A stretch of DNA of 63,850 nt, the filler included, from Dicyema japonicum (lineage: Eukaryota; Animalia; Dicyemida), in NCBI GenBank assembly GCA_011109175.1. It is 6 parts of 6 records of this genome, joined end to end, with 100 filler letters (N's around TTAATTAATTAA, not from the genome) between each part and the next. Parts side by side here need not be neighbours in the genome. Positions count along the whole stretch, not along the records: positions 18,178 to 28,490 come from RDEW01000194.1; positions 28,591 to 54,794 come from RDEW01000170.1; 4 more parts are not named here. One strand, 5' to 3'. The first letter of the stretch is position 1. Each line of letters opens with the position of its first letter. The notes under the pieces were generated by a model that worked only from the letters and a program-made list of their open reading frames with translations, was not told the origin of the DNA and made no database searches. Shown here piece by piece: positions 22,999 through 35,860 of this stretch. A program made the position numbers and the translations under genes.

Positions 22999-23348
22999 AG
23001 GGCAGCAAGAATGAAAAAATTAATTTAATAAATTATTATTATTATAATTTTTTGATATCCCTAATTTTAAACTTTAAAAATTAACTTTTTAAATTAATTA
23101 GTTTAGTCACAAGATCAATAAATTAGACACCATTCTAAAAGACCAGGAGGCCATTGTGTGGAGAAAGACGATCGAAAACAGCATTGTAAAAACTTAAGAA
23201 AATTTGCTTGTAAAAAAGGGTTAAATACGAAAACGAGACTACAAATGTACATCTCGTTAGTCAATAAAATCTGTGCTGCTTTAAAACGCTAAAACAAAAA
23301 AAGAAAAAATATTAAAACTCTTAAGTGGAAACTTAATATTTTAATAAT
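22999..23348 (+). repeat. Second copy of the RTE-derived repeat
   Basis: Direct repeat of 21866-22222. Confidence 0.7.
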
Positions 23349-23379
23349 TCAAATGGACTCTTTATGTCTAACTCTAATC

Positions 23380-24243
23380 ATCTCGAAATGTGAAGTTACT
23401 AATTTTGGATTTCCTCAGCCTGAATAATACTCGATTATTCCGAAAGCCACAGAAACCAAAGCAGAACAGCTGCTCTTTTACTGATGCTGGAATCAGGTAC
23501 ACTCTCGGAACAAAAGAACAACAGCTAAAAACAACAATTAGACGGTTGGAGATGCTGGACGCACATACTTTTCTATTCTTGTTGAGAAACGCCTTTTCAG
23601 CACAGAAATTGAACTAAGTTCTTTGGGGGGCTGGGGGTTCACCCTGCTTCCTGAAAATGTAACATCTCGATGCTATTGATTCCCTTTTCCAGACCACTAT
23701 TGAACGTATCATCAATATTAAATTTGACGATCGAGGGTGGGACCTAGTGACCCTATCCATTAGCCTGAATGGACTAGGAATCCCTTCACCTAAGCCCCAC
23801 GTATCTGTCCTCTTTGGGCTCCAAACGACTGCTGATCAGGATGACTCTCCAACTCAGAACAGAATCGTCTGAAATCTCAGATATGGAGGATTTGAAAGGG
23901 ATGATGCCTGAGCAGAAAGACTGTCACAGGACCATCTGCGAAGATAAATATGAGAGGCTTCTGAACCAATCAAACCAACACAGATATGCCTGTCGAGTCA
24001 CTGGAAAATGCGAATGGAGTGGCGCTTGGATCAATGCACTCCCCGTTGGTAGTGTGGGGACCCACCTTGACGACAACACTGTCTGCATCGACATCTCCAC
24101 CAGACTTGGACTGAAGCCGGTGTGCCGGTACCGTCGACTGTTATGGATAGCATACCTTCTCTTGTCGAAAAAGTGAAGGACGAATCCCAAGGCATAAGGC
24201 GATCAACGGAATTGTAAAACGTCAATGGAGTCTGTGGGATACC
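23380..24243 (+). mobile_element. Decayed CRE fragment (RT end to RLE start), running into a gap
   Basis: LFLLRNAFSAQKL, SPCF and GAWINALPVGSVGTHLDDNTV...RLGL parallel the 5356-6252 ORF. Confidence 0.85.
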
Positions 24244-24639
24244 NNNNNNNNNNNNNNNNNNNNNNNNNNNNNNNNNNNNNNNNNNNNNNNNNNNNNNNNN
24301 NNNNNNNNNNNNNNNNNNNNNNNNNNNNNNNNNNNNNNNNNNNNNNNNNNNNNNNNNNNNNNNNNNNNNNNNNNNNNNNNNNNNNNNNNNNNNNNNNNNN
24401 NNNNNNNNNNNNNNNNNNNNNNNNNNNNNNNNNNNNNNNNNNNNNNNNNNNNNNNNNNNNNNNNNNNNNNNNNNNNNNNNNNNNNNNNNNNNNNNNNNNN
24501 NNNNNNNNNNNNNNNNNNNNNNNNNNNNNNNNNNNNNNNNNNNNNNNNNNNNNNNNNNNNNNNNNNNNNNNNNNNNNNNNNNNNNNNNNNNNNNNNNNNN
24601 NNNNNNNNNNNNNNNNNNNNNNNNNNNNNNNNNNNNNNN

Positions 24640-25050
24640 ACTTGTTCCAAATAGGTAATGGAGAACCTCAAAAAGGCAATCTGAACCTTCCTTGAATAGC
24701 TTTAGACGTATACCAGTCCATTCCTGGAGCTTTATCTCGGCACTCCATAATAATTTGTTTCACCTTTTCTTTAGTAATGATCTCCCAAAATGCTCTTCCA
24801 GAATTTTCATACTCGAAAGAGATTCTCTGGGCGCTAAATCCTTTGGATCAATCCCTTGAATACTCTCTAACAGTTCCCGAAAGGCATTAGGAACATCCGC
24901 TTCGGTGATATCCTCAAATTAATAACATCTGATTTAGATCCAGGAGTTAAAATCCTCCGATAAGACTTCTAGAATGTTGGGTTCTTGGTATCCAACCTTA
25001 TTGCTCCAGTCCTCCATTTTTATTGACTTGTTCTTTAAATAAGAAATCCA
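24640..25050 (-). mobile_element. LINE fragment related to 41869-44927
   Basis: IITKEKVKQIIMECRDKAPGMD resembles ITLEEINAAIKGCKNKAPGWD. Confidence 0.65.
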
Positions 25051-25060
25051 TAGTCTTCTG

Positions 25061-25318
25061 AGTCGGGTGGCATAGTGGTTAGGTGTCGGGCTAAAGTGCT
25101 TAGGTTACGGGTTCGATTCTCGCTGCTGTTGGAAGGTTCCACGCATCTAAAATGCCAAAAGGGTTTGACGAGTGACGCCGTCATCAGTGGATACTCACTG
25201 CAGAACTGGATTGTCTAGAAAGGACCTAAACACAAGAAAAAGAAAAAAAAGAAGAGAATATCATTTCTTGGTTCTACGATTAGTTAAAATTAACTGTTCT
25301 TTACTTAAATAAAGTGTG
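25061..25318 (+). mobile_element. tRNA-derived SINE, 5'-complete
   Basis: A box tggcatagtggttagg, B box and T-arm gggttcgattctc, conserved body, truncated tail. Confidence 0.9.
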
Positions 25319-25707
25319 TAATTAAGCACTCACAATGTTTTCGCTAACAGTCCACGTCAACGGGCAACAACATAGACGTCGATATAGAGGAAAGTTTTTC
25401 CGAAAGTCCTGTAATGACTCCAATTTACATTATTATTATCAAATTTCATAAAAACCCAGCGATAAACCTAAGGGCGATAAAGAGAAAAAAATATATTAGT
25501 GGTTTTCAACTTTATGCAAATATCATCGCTCATCCAAAAATTTTCTAATAAATGATATATTTAGCTCGTTAACTAATATTTTTATTGAAAAAGCAACAAT
25601 ACCAACATTTCAATATCAGGTTTGATTTGATTTAAATAAAGTCTTACCTCACAAACTGTCAATTTATTTCGCTCACTTCTCAATAGATGAATCCTCTTTC
25701 AACAATA

Positions 25708-25740
25708 TACAGTAGAACCTCTCGAATCCGGCGCATTTTT
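25708..25740 (+). repeat. Isolated pogo/Tigger TIR
   Basis: TA|CAGTAGAACCTCTCGAATCCG, similar to the TIR at 7777-7797. Confidence 0.55.
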
Positions 25741-25859
25741 AAAAATAATTATTTTGTTTTTTTATTTTTTAATTCAAATAACTTCTACACGAGAGATTAT
25801 CATTTTTTGTGTTGTCGGACCTAGTGAAACGTAATTGTACAAGATTAAAAAATCTGAAA

Positions 25860-26437
25860 AGCTCCAAATTATAAAATTTATTGGGAAAGTTTTTATTTTG
25901 TTTGGAATTAACTGCAAGAACAACAGCTAATGATATTTTTGATTTGTTTTCTGGCTTCTTACGTGACAATTGTATTCACTGGGATAAAGTTGGATCTATT
26001 TGTACAGATGGGTCACCAGCTATGATAGGACATCGTTCTGGTTTTGTCACATTGGTGAAAGAAGTAGCACCACTTACGAAACACTGCGTCATTCATAAAT
26101 ATGCACTCGCTACAAAAACTCTGTCATTTGAGCTAAAAAATGTACTTGATTCAACAGTCAAGATTGTGAATTTGATTCGAGGTACAAATCATCGACTTTT
26201 TAAAATACTATGTTAAGAATTAGGAACATATCATTCAGTGCTTTTATACTCAAGTACGTTGGTTATCAAGAGGTAAAATACGGGTTGCCGAGCTGTCAAA
26301 TGCCATTAGTTAATTTTTACGAGATATTGGGTCGACCGAATGTGCCGATTTATTTAACAACGATATTTTCATGCTTATATTATCTGACATATTTAATGAA
26401 TTAAACTTATCACTACAATGTATTTTTATTAATCATT
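25860..26437 (+). mobile_element. Buster-type hAT transposase fragment (ZBED5/SCAND3-like)
   Basis: FLFCLEL..RTTANDIF...ICTDGSPAMIG...HCVIHKYALA...VKIVNLIR, then stops and a gap. Confidence 0.9.
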
Positions 26438-28089
26438 TNNNNNNNNNNNNNNNNNNNNNNNNNNNNNNNNNNNNNNNNNNNNNNNNNNNNNNNNNNNNNN
26501 NNNNNNNNNNNNNNNNNNNNNNNNNNNNNNNNNNNNNNNNNNNNNNNNNNNNNNNNNNNNNNNNNNNNNNNNNNNNNNNNNNNNNNNNNNNNNNNNNNNN
26601 NNNNNNNNNNNNNNNNNNNNNNNNNNNNNNNNNNNNNNNNNNNNNNNNNNNNNNNNNNNNNNNNNNNNNNNNNNNNNNNNNNNNNNNNNNNNNNNNNNNN
26701 NNNNNNNNNNNNNNNNNNNNNNNNNNNNNNNNNNNNNNNNNNNNNNNNNNNNNNNNNNNNNNNNNNNNNNNNNNNNNNNNNNNNNNNNNNNNNNNNNNNN
26801 NNNNNNNNNNNNNNNNNNNNNNNNNNNNNNNNNNNNNNNNNNNNNNNNNNNNNNNNNNNNNNNNNNNNNNNNNNNNNNNNNNNNNNNNNNNNNNNNNNNN
26901 NNNNNNNNNNNNNNNNNNNNNNCACCATATTAGTCATTTATACTCGTTGCTAAAAGGCATTAATGTCAAATTAATAGATCCTTCTTTCCACAGAATAAGT
27001 TTCATCGACAAAGAGTTTGAAAATTCACTGGCTTACGGAGAAACAGAAGATTATATAACAAGAGTTTGAGGATTATTGAAAACTGGGTCACCTTGATGTT
27101 TCAACAGCTTTCTAAGTGCTCCTTGGGTTGTTTAATAACCATCTTGTTGTTAGCGTTAACCTACTCAATGATTACAAAAAGTCGTAGTAATGAACAAGCA
27201 TCATTAATGGATTTTTTATCATCTAAAATCATTTACAATCACAGAAATTGCTATGAAATGTCTAAATGGTGTTAATCTTGGGGAACAATACGACTCTTCG
27301 GTGATTTTATGCTGGAAACGTTATTAGAGCTTTCCGATTTAATTTTTCAATTAAAGGGAACCGGAGCACCATATTAATCATTTACCGATAAATATATTAT
27401 CCCATTCTTCAACATCCATGTTGATGATCAACCCCCACTAAATTGGAATTAATAGTTCCTCTTGCTATTACCATTTCTATTCCAGCTTCATAGAAAGAAG
27501 ATCCATCTCTTATGAGTCCGTAATAACAATCAAGGTTTCTTCCTCATGAAGAAACCAGTTGAGTATAAATAAGGTTCCACGGATCACTCACATCTTTGTT
27601 AGTAAACTCTGAGTGGAAAAATTTAGAAACAAAAAAACACTAAACAAAATGTTCCTATTTAAACTCAGTGAAAACTTTTAGCAATTGAAGAATATTTTCT
27701 ATTTTATATTATTCACGGATTTACCAATTTTTAAGTTATTTACCGCCAAATTAATGTGGAGAATTTTCTAGTTAGAAATATTCATGAAATAATCTATGAT
27801 GTGCATTCGAAACCCCTTAATGAACTATTCTAGTCTTAATCATCCTAACAGCATTTCTCGTTTGGCTCTCTCAAACAAGATTAGTTATTCTAAAAATCTC
27901 CGTCANTATGTTATTTACCGCCAAATTAATGTAAATTAATGTGGAGAATTCTCTAGTTGGATATATTAATGAAATAATCTATGATGTGCATTCGAAACCC
28001 CCCTAAAGAACTGTTCTGGTCTTAATCATCCTAACAGCATTTCTCGTTTGGCTCTCTTAAACAAGATTAGTTATTCTAAGAATCTCCGT

Positions 28090-28330
28090 CAAGTCCTGGC
28101 TAACAACCTTCCTTTATGGAAGGCTGAGTCAAACATACCTTCATGAGTCAAACATTCCCATATGTTCTAATTTCACTACCCCCCAGTGGTGTCACTCAAG
28201 CATCCGTTCTTTCATCATCACTTTTTAACCTACATCTCGCTACCTCCATAATGCCGACGTAATCGGATCCACCTTACTCAAGAAACGCCCAATACCTGGC
28301 CGGCATTCAAAAGGAACCATATCTTTATTC
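28090..28330 (+). mobile_element. Highly decayed LINE RT remnant
   Basis: SGVTQASVLSSSLFNLHL resembles GVPQGSVLSP.LFN. Confidence 0.45.
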
Positions 28331-28590
28331 CATCGGCGGGTCTATTACGCTCTCTGGCGACGAGTTTTGGACTTCAGCTATCCTGATAATGTCTTTTGTA
28401 TCACTGTTCTTGGATGATAATTCTACTGGAAACGTCAGGATCAAAGACTTAGTTAACTCGATTTAACTTTGATGTTTGGAATAATAAATTNNNNNNNNNN
28501 NNNNNNNNNNNNNNNNNNNNNNNNNNNNNNNNNNTTAATTAATTAANNNNNNNNNNNNNNNNNNNNNNNNNNNNNNNNNNNNNNNNNNNN

Positions 28591-28848
28591 AGCTTCTTAA
28601 GAATTCAAAAAAAAAACAGAAAGGGATCTTTCGATCAAGCAAGTAACGTTTGGGAATCGAACTTACAGCTATTCGCGACGCGTGCGGTAGCAAAATTTTA
28701 AGAAACTGGTAAATTTTAGATAAAAGTTGAACTTTTTTATAATAAAATTAACGCAGAAAATAAATCGGATATAGTTCTATTAAATAATTAAAATTTAATT
28801 GTACGAAAATTTTTAATTTCGACCGATAATTAGGAATTTCTTGGACAG
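28591..28848. repeat. About 260 bp dispersed repeat; inverted copy at 41150-41410
   Basis: Near-identical reverse-complement copies with a GC-rich core, cgcgacgcg(t/c)gcgg. The class is unknown. Confidence 0.8.
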
Positions 28849-29289
28849 AATGGTAAAAATCATTTATTTTAGTTTCTATGGTGAAATAATCAAAATAATA
28901 TCCAAGCGCGGAAAATTGTTTATCCTCTTGCCTTCTGCAAAGATAGAAAATTTTTATGCGAGTTATGTCAGAGAGAAGCTCATCTTTAATGCAAGAAATG
29001 CAGAGTGGCATTTTAATGGTTTGTCTCCCATCGTTCTCAACTAGATCAGCTGTTGTGAGAATTGGAAGTCGATTTTAACGGCGTTCATAAAAAACTCTGC
29101 AACAGGACATCTATCATTACGGTTTTCCGAGGATAGTCCCTTCTCAGACTGTTGAATGCATTATTTATGTACAATTTGACGAAAATATGCTTTATACATT
29201 TTTCAGTACTGGGGTTTTTTGTGAGGTGGTGACGTGCCTCGTTTCTTAATTGGATCGCAGTTGAGAAAAATGTCTAAAAAGCAAAGGAT

Positions 29290-31070
29290 ACAAAAGGATG
29301 CATCTCGTCTATAGTTCCTTACGTTCAATGGTAGAGGCTTTTCTACGACCTGGTTGAGGGAGATTCTCTGTGACGACCTGGAGAGATACGACGTATCTAT
29401 TGGGTGCCTACAAGAAACGAAAGTTAATTGTAGTCTTGATGAGAACTATAGCGAATATCGAATAATATGTTTACCGAGCGACTCAAAATATAATGGACTT
29501 GGATTTGCTATCAACTCAAAATTGACAAGTGCAGTCCACTGTATTTAGAGTGTGATGACAGGATCTGTGTTATAAAATTCTGTCTAAACGACTTACCTCA
29601 TTCGAAAAGCTTTCTGACAATTATAAATGTTTATGCGCCACACAGCGGGAGAGTAGCGAAAGATCCGACAGAACTAGACGACTTCTATTCAACACTGTTA
29701 CTGACGTACAAAGAATATAAGTCGTCATCACTAATACTCATTGCTGAGGATTTGAATGCAAAAATCGAGATGAAGAATAACCCTGATGATGTTTTCTTGG
29801 GAGAACATGGACGTGAAATAAGAAACCTAGCCGAGACAATGCTTGGTCGCTTTTGTACGGCAAACAACCTTTTCCTATGCATTGCTGCATTAACGAATCA
29901 TGCCTGCCACAAAACTACGTAAATGGAGAAGCGAAGACAAACACCATCTAGTAAACGCACTTCATATGAAGGCTCGGTGACTGTCACCTACCACAAGATG
30001 GTTATTGCGACCTTTACTATGAAAAAACATGCCATCAAATACAAGAATGCCAAAAATCACGAATTTGAAAATCAGAGTCGACTACGCGACTGAAAGGCTG
30101 ATTTCCCAACCGGAGACTACTGAAAGATATCAACAATACAATCAGACTTATATGCAGGACGTATTGGTGGATACCTCGTTTGAAGACGCCTGGAAACGCA
30201 CAAAGGACACCATCAACGAAGCTGTTGAGGCATTTCTTGGCAAATGGAAGAATAGTAAATTGTACCTGAAGGCTATTCATCCAGATGTTCCTGAGTTGCG
30301 AAAAGTTTAAAAGAAATAAACATGAGGAAATCAAATCCCACTGATGCTAATACGATAAAAGTTCTTCAGTGCGAAAGGCAACGTGTCAGAAGAAAAATAA
30401 AAAATCTGAACAAGCAGCTTTTCCTAGAAGAAATTTTTTCATGTATAGATGAAGTAAACAAAGTGAAATACAACGGACAGGTTTACGTCGCTGCCTGTTT
30501 GCTGCGGCGAACAAACTGAAGTCGACTAACGACAAAAAACGAGAACGTTAAGCTGATGCTGAACACCGAGGAACAAACTGAAGCCATCGCGGCTCATTTT
30601 GAAAGCTATTCAACATCAAAACCATAGAAATCCACCCATTTGATGGAAGGCCATGACCCATGGAGATACCAATCATGGCATAGGAAATCAAAACGGCCTG
30701 CCCAAAACTCAAAAATAACAGAAGACTTGGACCAGATGCGATAAACCTAAATTACTGAAATACGGCCCTGACCCACTTTTTGTAAAATTCGCTACATTAC
30801 TAAATGAAATGTTTTCAACTAACTCTACTCTACCTCTAGGTCGGGACTGCTAATCGCCATGCAAAAAATCAACAAACCAGAGGACCGCTCGAAAATTTGC
30901 GACCCATCATACTACTAAATTCATTACGCAAAGTCTTTGAAAACATTGTGCTTGAACGAATAAAAAGATCTGCTTATAAATACCGATTCTTGTAGAGTCG
31001 GAAAGACCTATTCAAGAAAATTTGAAACAAACACGGGCATTCCACATGGAGACTCCCTTTTTCCTCTACA
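29290..31070 (+). mobile_element. Decayed RTE-clade LINE (APE and partial RT)
   Basis: FLTFNGRG...IGCLQETK, GLGFAI, INVYAPH, DLNAKI, RPIILLNSLRK and GIPHGDSL. Confidence 0.85.
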
Positions 31071-31117
31071 GAACATAAAGAGGTTCGGAAATTATTATAT
31101 CTATCAAATTGAAAAAA

Positions 31118-31620
31118 CTAGCAGTGCATTAGAGCCGTGTTCACGTCGTTGCATACCCCACATTCAGAGACTACCCTAGGTTGACATTCCATTCCGTCTT
31201 CCTCATCAACAGGCATCGATACTCCATGCCTCTCTTCAGTTTGCATACTCTCCAAAGTCTTCCGTAGCACTACCGTCTGTATATTAGCTTTGACCCTTTC
31301 CTTCACCTTGAAGGCATCCAGGTGGCCTTTGAAGAATCTGGAGATAATTTTATCCAAGGTAATGACCACAAGATTATTTTCATTTTGCGCAACGGATAAT
31401 CTCAAGTCGTTTTCCAGTAGGTCATATTTGTGGAACTGTTCTACCTCTACCTCTATTGGCAGTTTTGTAAATGATTTCAATTTCAACAAAATTAATCGCA
31501 TTTTTTATCTTATCATAAACAAAATTGTCGGGATTATTATTCGTTAGAGCCGTATGCGTACTGATCGTTTTGTCTTCACGAATCTCCACAAATTCTATTG
31601 CGACAACAAATTATAGTGAA
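31118..31620 (-). mobile_element. R4/NeSL-like RLE retrotransposon C-terminal fragment
   Basis: NNPDNFVYDKIKNAINFVEIEI, then in another frame VEVEQFHKYDLL...VITLDKII...IQTVVLRKTLESM. This is the PD..D/E..K-Y pattern of a restriction-like endonuclease. Confidence 0.7.
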
Positions 31621-32329
31621 TGGGTTTTCAGTTTCTTTGTTTTTCTTATTCCACATTGATGGTAAAGATGAAAAAATAATTAAATTATTAACCAAATGAA
31701 AGTTTAGTTATTGTGAGTTTTTCGTTATCCTTAATTAATTATGAATTTTCCGTTGGTAGGATTAGTATATTAGTAATCAAATAAAACCAGACAATGTAAA
31801 AAAATCTCATTTACAACCAAACAGCTGAACGTTGATTCATTTGTGTCTAAAAATAAATCTATTGGGTACTTGACATTTTCAATTCGCTGATAATTTTGCC
31901 TAATTGATTTTTATCAATTTTCATTTTAGAATCTCCATGTTTCTTAAATTTGTTCGTCACATCAGGTGTCATAGAGTTATTAAGATTAGAAAATGCCTAA
32001 AGTAATCAAGTCACTTTTTTATGACTAAATAATGTTTGTCCAAGCATTCTATAATTATGTTTAATTAAGATTACCTTGCAGTGATGTTTCCTTTAGAAAC
32101 ATTCTAAGGTAAAAACGTCCATCAAGTCCGTCAAATTTAGTGATGTTAACAAAATAATTAGCAGATGATCACCTTTTTGTTGAATTGATGTGAAAATCAA
32201 TATTCGATTATATTATATACTTATTTTCGTCATACATTTCAATTCTTGTCTTTGTATGTCTAGTTCTGGGGCACTTTCTTTATCTGTATATTTTTCTAGT
32301 AATTTTATTGCTCTTGACATGATCTCTTG

Positions 32330-32560
32330 AATTTTTATAAGGTTCGTTGCCGCCAGGTTATATCCCCATGCAGCACATGCATAGCCTATTGTTGGCTCGA
32401 AATACTGCTTGTAGAGGGTCTCGATACCTGGAGGGTAAATTCGCCATTTTTCAAAAAAGTTAGTTTTCCCTCTCTCATTGTGGATATTATTCAGAATTCC
32501 AAGACCAACCGCAAGAAAGAGCCTGGTATGGACACGGGGATCGTTTAGTTTTGAAAATAA
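32330..32560 (-). mobile_element. LINE 3' fragment
   Basis: LYKQYFEPTIGYACAAWG parallels IYKQYIEPCFSYACPSWG at 40454-40858. Confidence 0.7.
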
Positions 32561-33680
32561 CTTTTATCCTCTTTTGTGGTTCCGGTGTTGATAAATTAAA
32601 ATTAAATAAAAAGTTGTTTAGTGATTAGTGGAGTTACTCGACTCGCAATTTGCTATGGGTTCGCATCTCAGGTCGAAGGATTTTGTTTTTCTTTGTGCCC
32701 TTGTCGATTCCCAAAAAACATCAGTTGATCACTCACCGTGTTAATTTCCTTGTGAGAGGCGATCTTAGAATAGTTGAACCTTACATATGATCTGTTAATG
32801 ACTATGAGGAATAGCGTTTTTGTGTAGTTTCGATAGTATTATTGCTTTGATAGTCAATTATACAGACGATTAAGTCTAAAACCACTAAATGAGAGAAACA
32901 GTATAATCAACAAATCTAGATACCAAAGTTTTTGAAGTCAATAATTAATTATAGTTCAGCTTCACGTCGAGAAAATTGGACACCAGTTTCAATCTGACAA
33001 CTAAAAGGACCAATTATTCCCCCGTCGACCTGTTCAACGACCTCTGGGAAGTTAGACAATGACAGTTATTGAGCGAGTTCAAAACTATACAAAAGTTAAT
33101 AGTAATATAAATCTGTCGTTTGTTTTTAATTAAGGTAATGAGCATTACATCAATATCATTTTCAATGTTTCTATTTATATCTCTTAGTTTTAAAACTTTT
33201 TCAGGCTTAGTTATTCCTATAAAACTAATAGCTCAGTTAAAAATTCCATAATCACATGAATTTTTGTGCACCGTTAACAGTAAAAAATAAAAATTTCAAA
33301 CATAATTTATTTCTTATAGATATAGTGCAACGAGTACTTTAAAAAGTGTTGAGAAATGTAAATTAAATTGTTTTATTTTAGTAAATATAAAATATATTTG
33401 TTTTCTATAAATATATTGATCTTGCGTATTAAGAATTTCATACGACCGGCAATCAATCAATTCGTTATAAAAATCAAAAAAACGCCAATTTATGACTTGT
33501 ATGATTTCTTTCTTAATTTCACTTTGTATCATATTTACGGGAATTTACAGTGGCAGTGAAGATTGTGAATATATTGGTTTATACTAATTATCTAAAATTA
33601 AATGAAAATTGTTGGCTGACTATCCAACAAATAACGAATTTAATTTTCTGGACTTTTAATCTTGCATCCAATTATCATTA

Positions 33681-33982
33681 ATAATAATAACAGCCTTTTT
33701 TCACGGAGCTTGGTATTACCTCCACATATGCAGGAAACACTTTATTTAAGTAAGAACAGTTAATTTTAACTAATCGTTGAACCAAAGAATAGTCTTCACT
33801 TCTATTTTTTTTCTTGTGTGTGGGTTTTTATTTTTGACTATCCAGTTCCGTATTGAGAATTTGCTGATGACGGAGTCACTCGTCAAGCCTTTTTAGCATC
33901 GTCGATGAGTGGAACCTTCCAAGAATCGAATCCGTAACCTAAGTCACTCTAGCCCGATTGCTAACCACTATGCCACCCGACT
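33681..33982 (-). mobile_element. tRNA-derived SINE, full length, (TTA)n tail
   Basis: Head agtcgggtggcatagtggttag, conserved body, tail ...ggctgttattattatt. Confidence 0.9.
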
Positions 33983-34739
33983 TAATCATGTCGAATTCTA
34001 TGATAATTTCTTTATTCCATTAAATCAAATTATTTTTATTTTAAGCTAAAAGTCTTTTTTCTTTCATGGGAGTCTAAGTCATATAATTTTTTTTCTTTCA
34101 TGGGAGTCCAATTCATAACATCATATAATAAGATTTTTCGAAAACCGCTTGACGCTATGTGGTGCTGCGTGGTTAATTGGTTGATTTTTTCTGCTAGCTT
34201 GTCTCTTCCTCTTCTCTCTTCCTATTAAAGTGGCGTCATGTGATCCAGTTGTTTAGGTTACTTCCAGTCCCTGGCCGGTATGAAAAAAGATCATTTGCTG
34301 TTCTCCACTCCACTAGAGGGGTTTCCACTAATGCATGCAATGGACGTCTTACCTTTTATGTCAATTACGGATGAACTCTGTTTTTGTAGAAGTAGAAACT
34401 GGATACACTTAATTAGTTGTTTACCTTAACTTCTTTTTCGGTGTATCCGGAATTAATAAATAAATTAATATAATGGGGAGAAACAGATTTTTGTAGGCAA
34501 AGAAGTGAATTAACTGCGTTATTGTTGGTCACGAGATATGAAGGTTGTTTTTTGGCAAAGACTCTTACTCAGCAGTTGTGCATCTGCAAGTTAACCATCA
34601 TAAATAAAAATTAACTGTGAAGCTGTGATAATATGTGGATTAATATTGGGGCATGTATACGAATTTTCTTATTAATTGTGGGACAGTATCAGGCAGTATT
34701 TATAATTTTTTTTTAAATCAAAAAAATTTTTTTTTCAAG

Positions 34740-35860
34740 TTAATAAAATTTTTTTTAACAATTAAACAAATGTCAGTTGAGGAAGCCTGCTGCGTGGATT
34801 GCGAACGAGTTCCCTCGGAGTATGGCTATTCCAATCTTTTGTCTTAGCCATAACCCTTCTCGTTGATCCCTTTTCTTTCTGGCAAGCACTCTCCGAGTTC
34901 TCGCAAGAACTCAGCCGTCATTGGACCAACGGCTCCCGATGATTCGGTTTCAACAGGAGTAAATCGGTAGCGATCCCCGAATTAATTTCATTAAAACGTA
35001 AAGTCGAGCTCATTTATGAATCATTCTAGTGGACTGGAGGACATCGAGGACGACAGAGATACATACTACCCGTTTCACTCCATCAAGACCTCAGGAATTC
35101 AAAAATTAAGCTAGATGAAGCAGAGGACCTGGATGCTCTCTGCAAAATCGCATCCGCGAGGGGAGCATGAAGGTGTCTCACTAAAAATGGGGTTACCAAA
35201 AATTGTAAGCCCGGGGTTAATAAATAAAATAATTAATTCTTAGTTTTTTTAATAAACGTGGTATATTCTGTGAAGGGCTACCTCACCACTACTGATTCTC
35301 GCAAGAACTTAACCGTCATTGGACCAACGGCTCCCGATGATTCGGTCGCAACAGGAGTAAATCGGTAGCGATCTTTGAGGCAAGAATATTTCTTGATTTT
35401 TTGGTTCTCCGCAGTCGAAGCAGCTGCTCCAGGTGTCTGAACTGATTTAAAGATGTTCGTGCTTGAGAACGTGTCTATACAAGTTGCGTCCCAGACTAAA
35501 GATCTTCCAGACGTGAAGGGGAAAAAGGTCATCCCGTCAGGTCTCTTCCCATCTCCTCGATCAGGACCCACTGGTTCAAGCTGTGCTGGGAAGCATGAAG
35601 CCTTCAGAGCTCTGACGATCACATCGTTCAGAGCAGCATGACGTGGTCCCCTTCCGGCGTTTCTTCTGCAGGACAGTGGGTGCACTCCTTTCGCATCGAA
35701 TGTTTTCCCGCATCGGCATCGGTGCTCCTGGCAAACGTATAGTCCCAGCCTTTGTCCGATTCCAATCTTCAAAAAATCGTCGTTTAAAAAGATCTCGAGG
35801 TTTGGGCAAGGTATTGCACCAAGCCACGCTCTACTCCCTCTACTTGAAGCTGACACCAAA
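34740..35860 (-). mobile_element. Two CRE 3' fragments (34740-34975 and 35295-35860)
   Basis: ORF 35278-35859 contains CRCG, RHAALND, KRPDGMTFFPF, WDATC and KYSCLKDRYRFTPVA. Confidence 0.88.

Noticed and set aside
21866-23348. LTR retrotransposon (direct repeats around an ORF)
   Set aside because: There are no TG...CA ends, PBS, PPT or gag/pol, and the repeats encode a decayed RTE thumb segment.
25061-25130. Possible tRNA gene
   Set aside because: There is no proper acceptor or anticodon stem, and it always continues into the same repeat body, so it is a SINE head.
32620-32700. Possible second tRNA-SINE head (tcgactcgcaat...gggttcgcatctc)
   Set aside because: It is a single degenerate copy with no supporting body or TSD.
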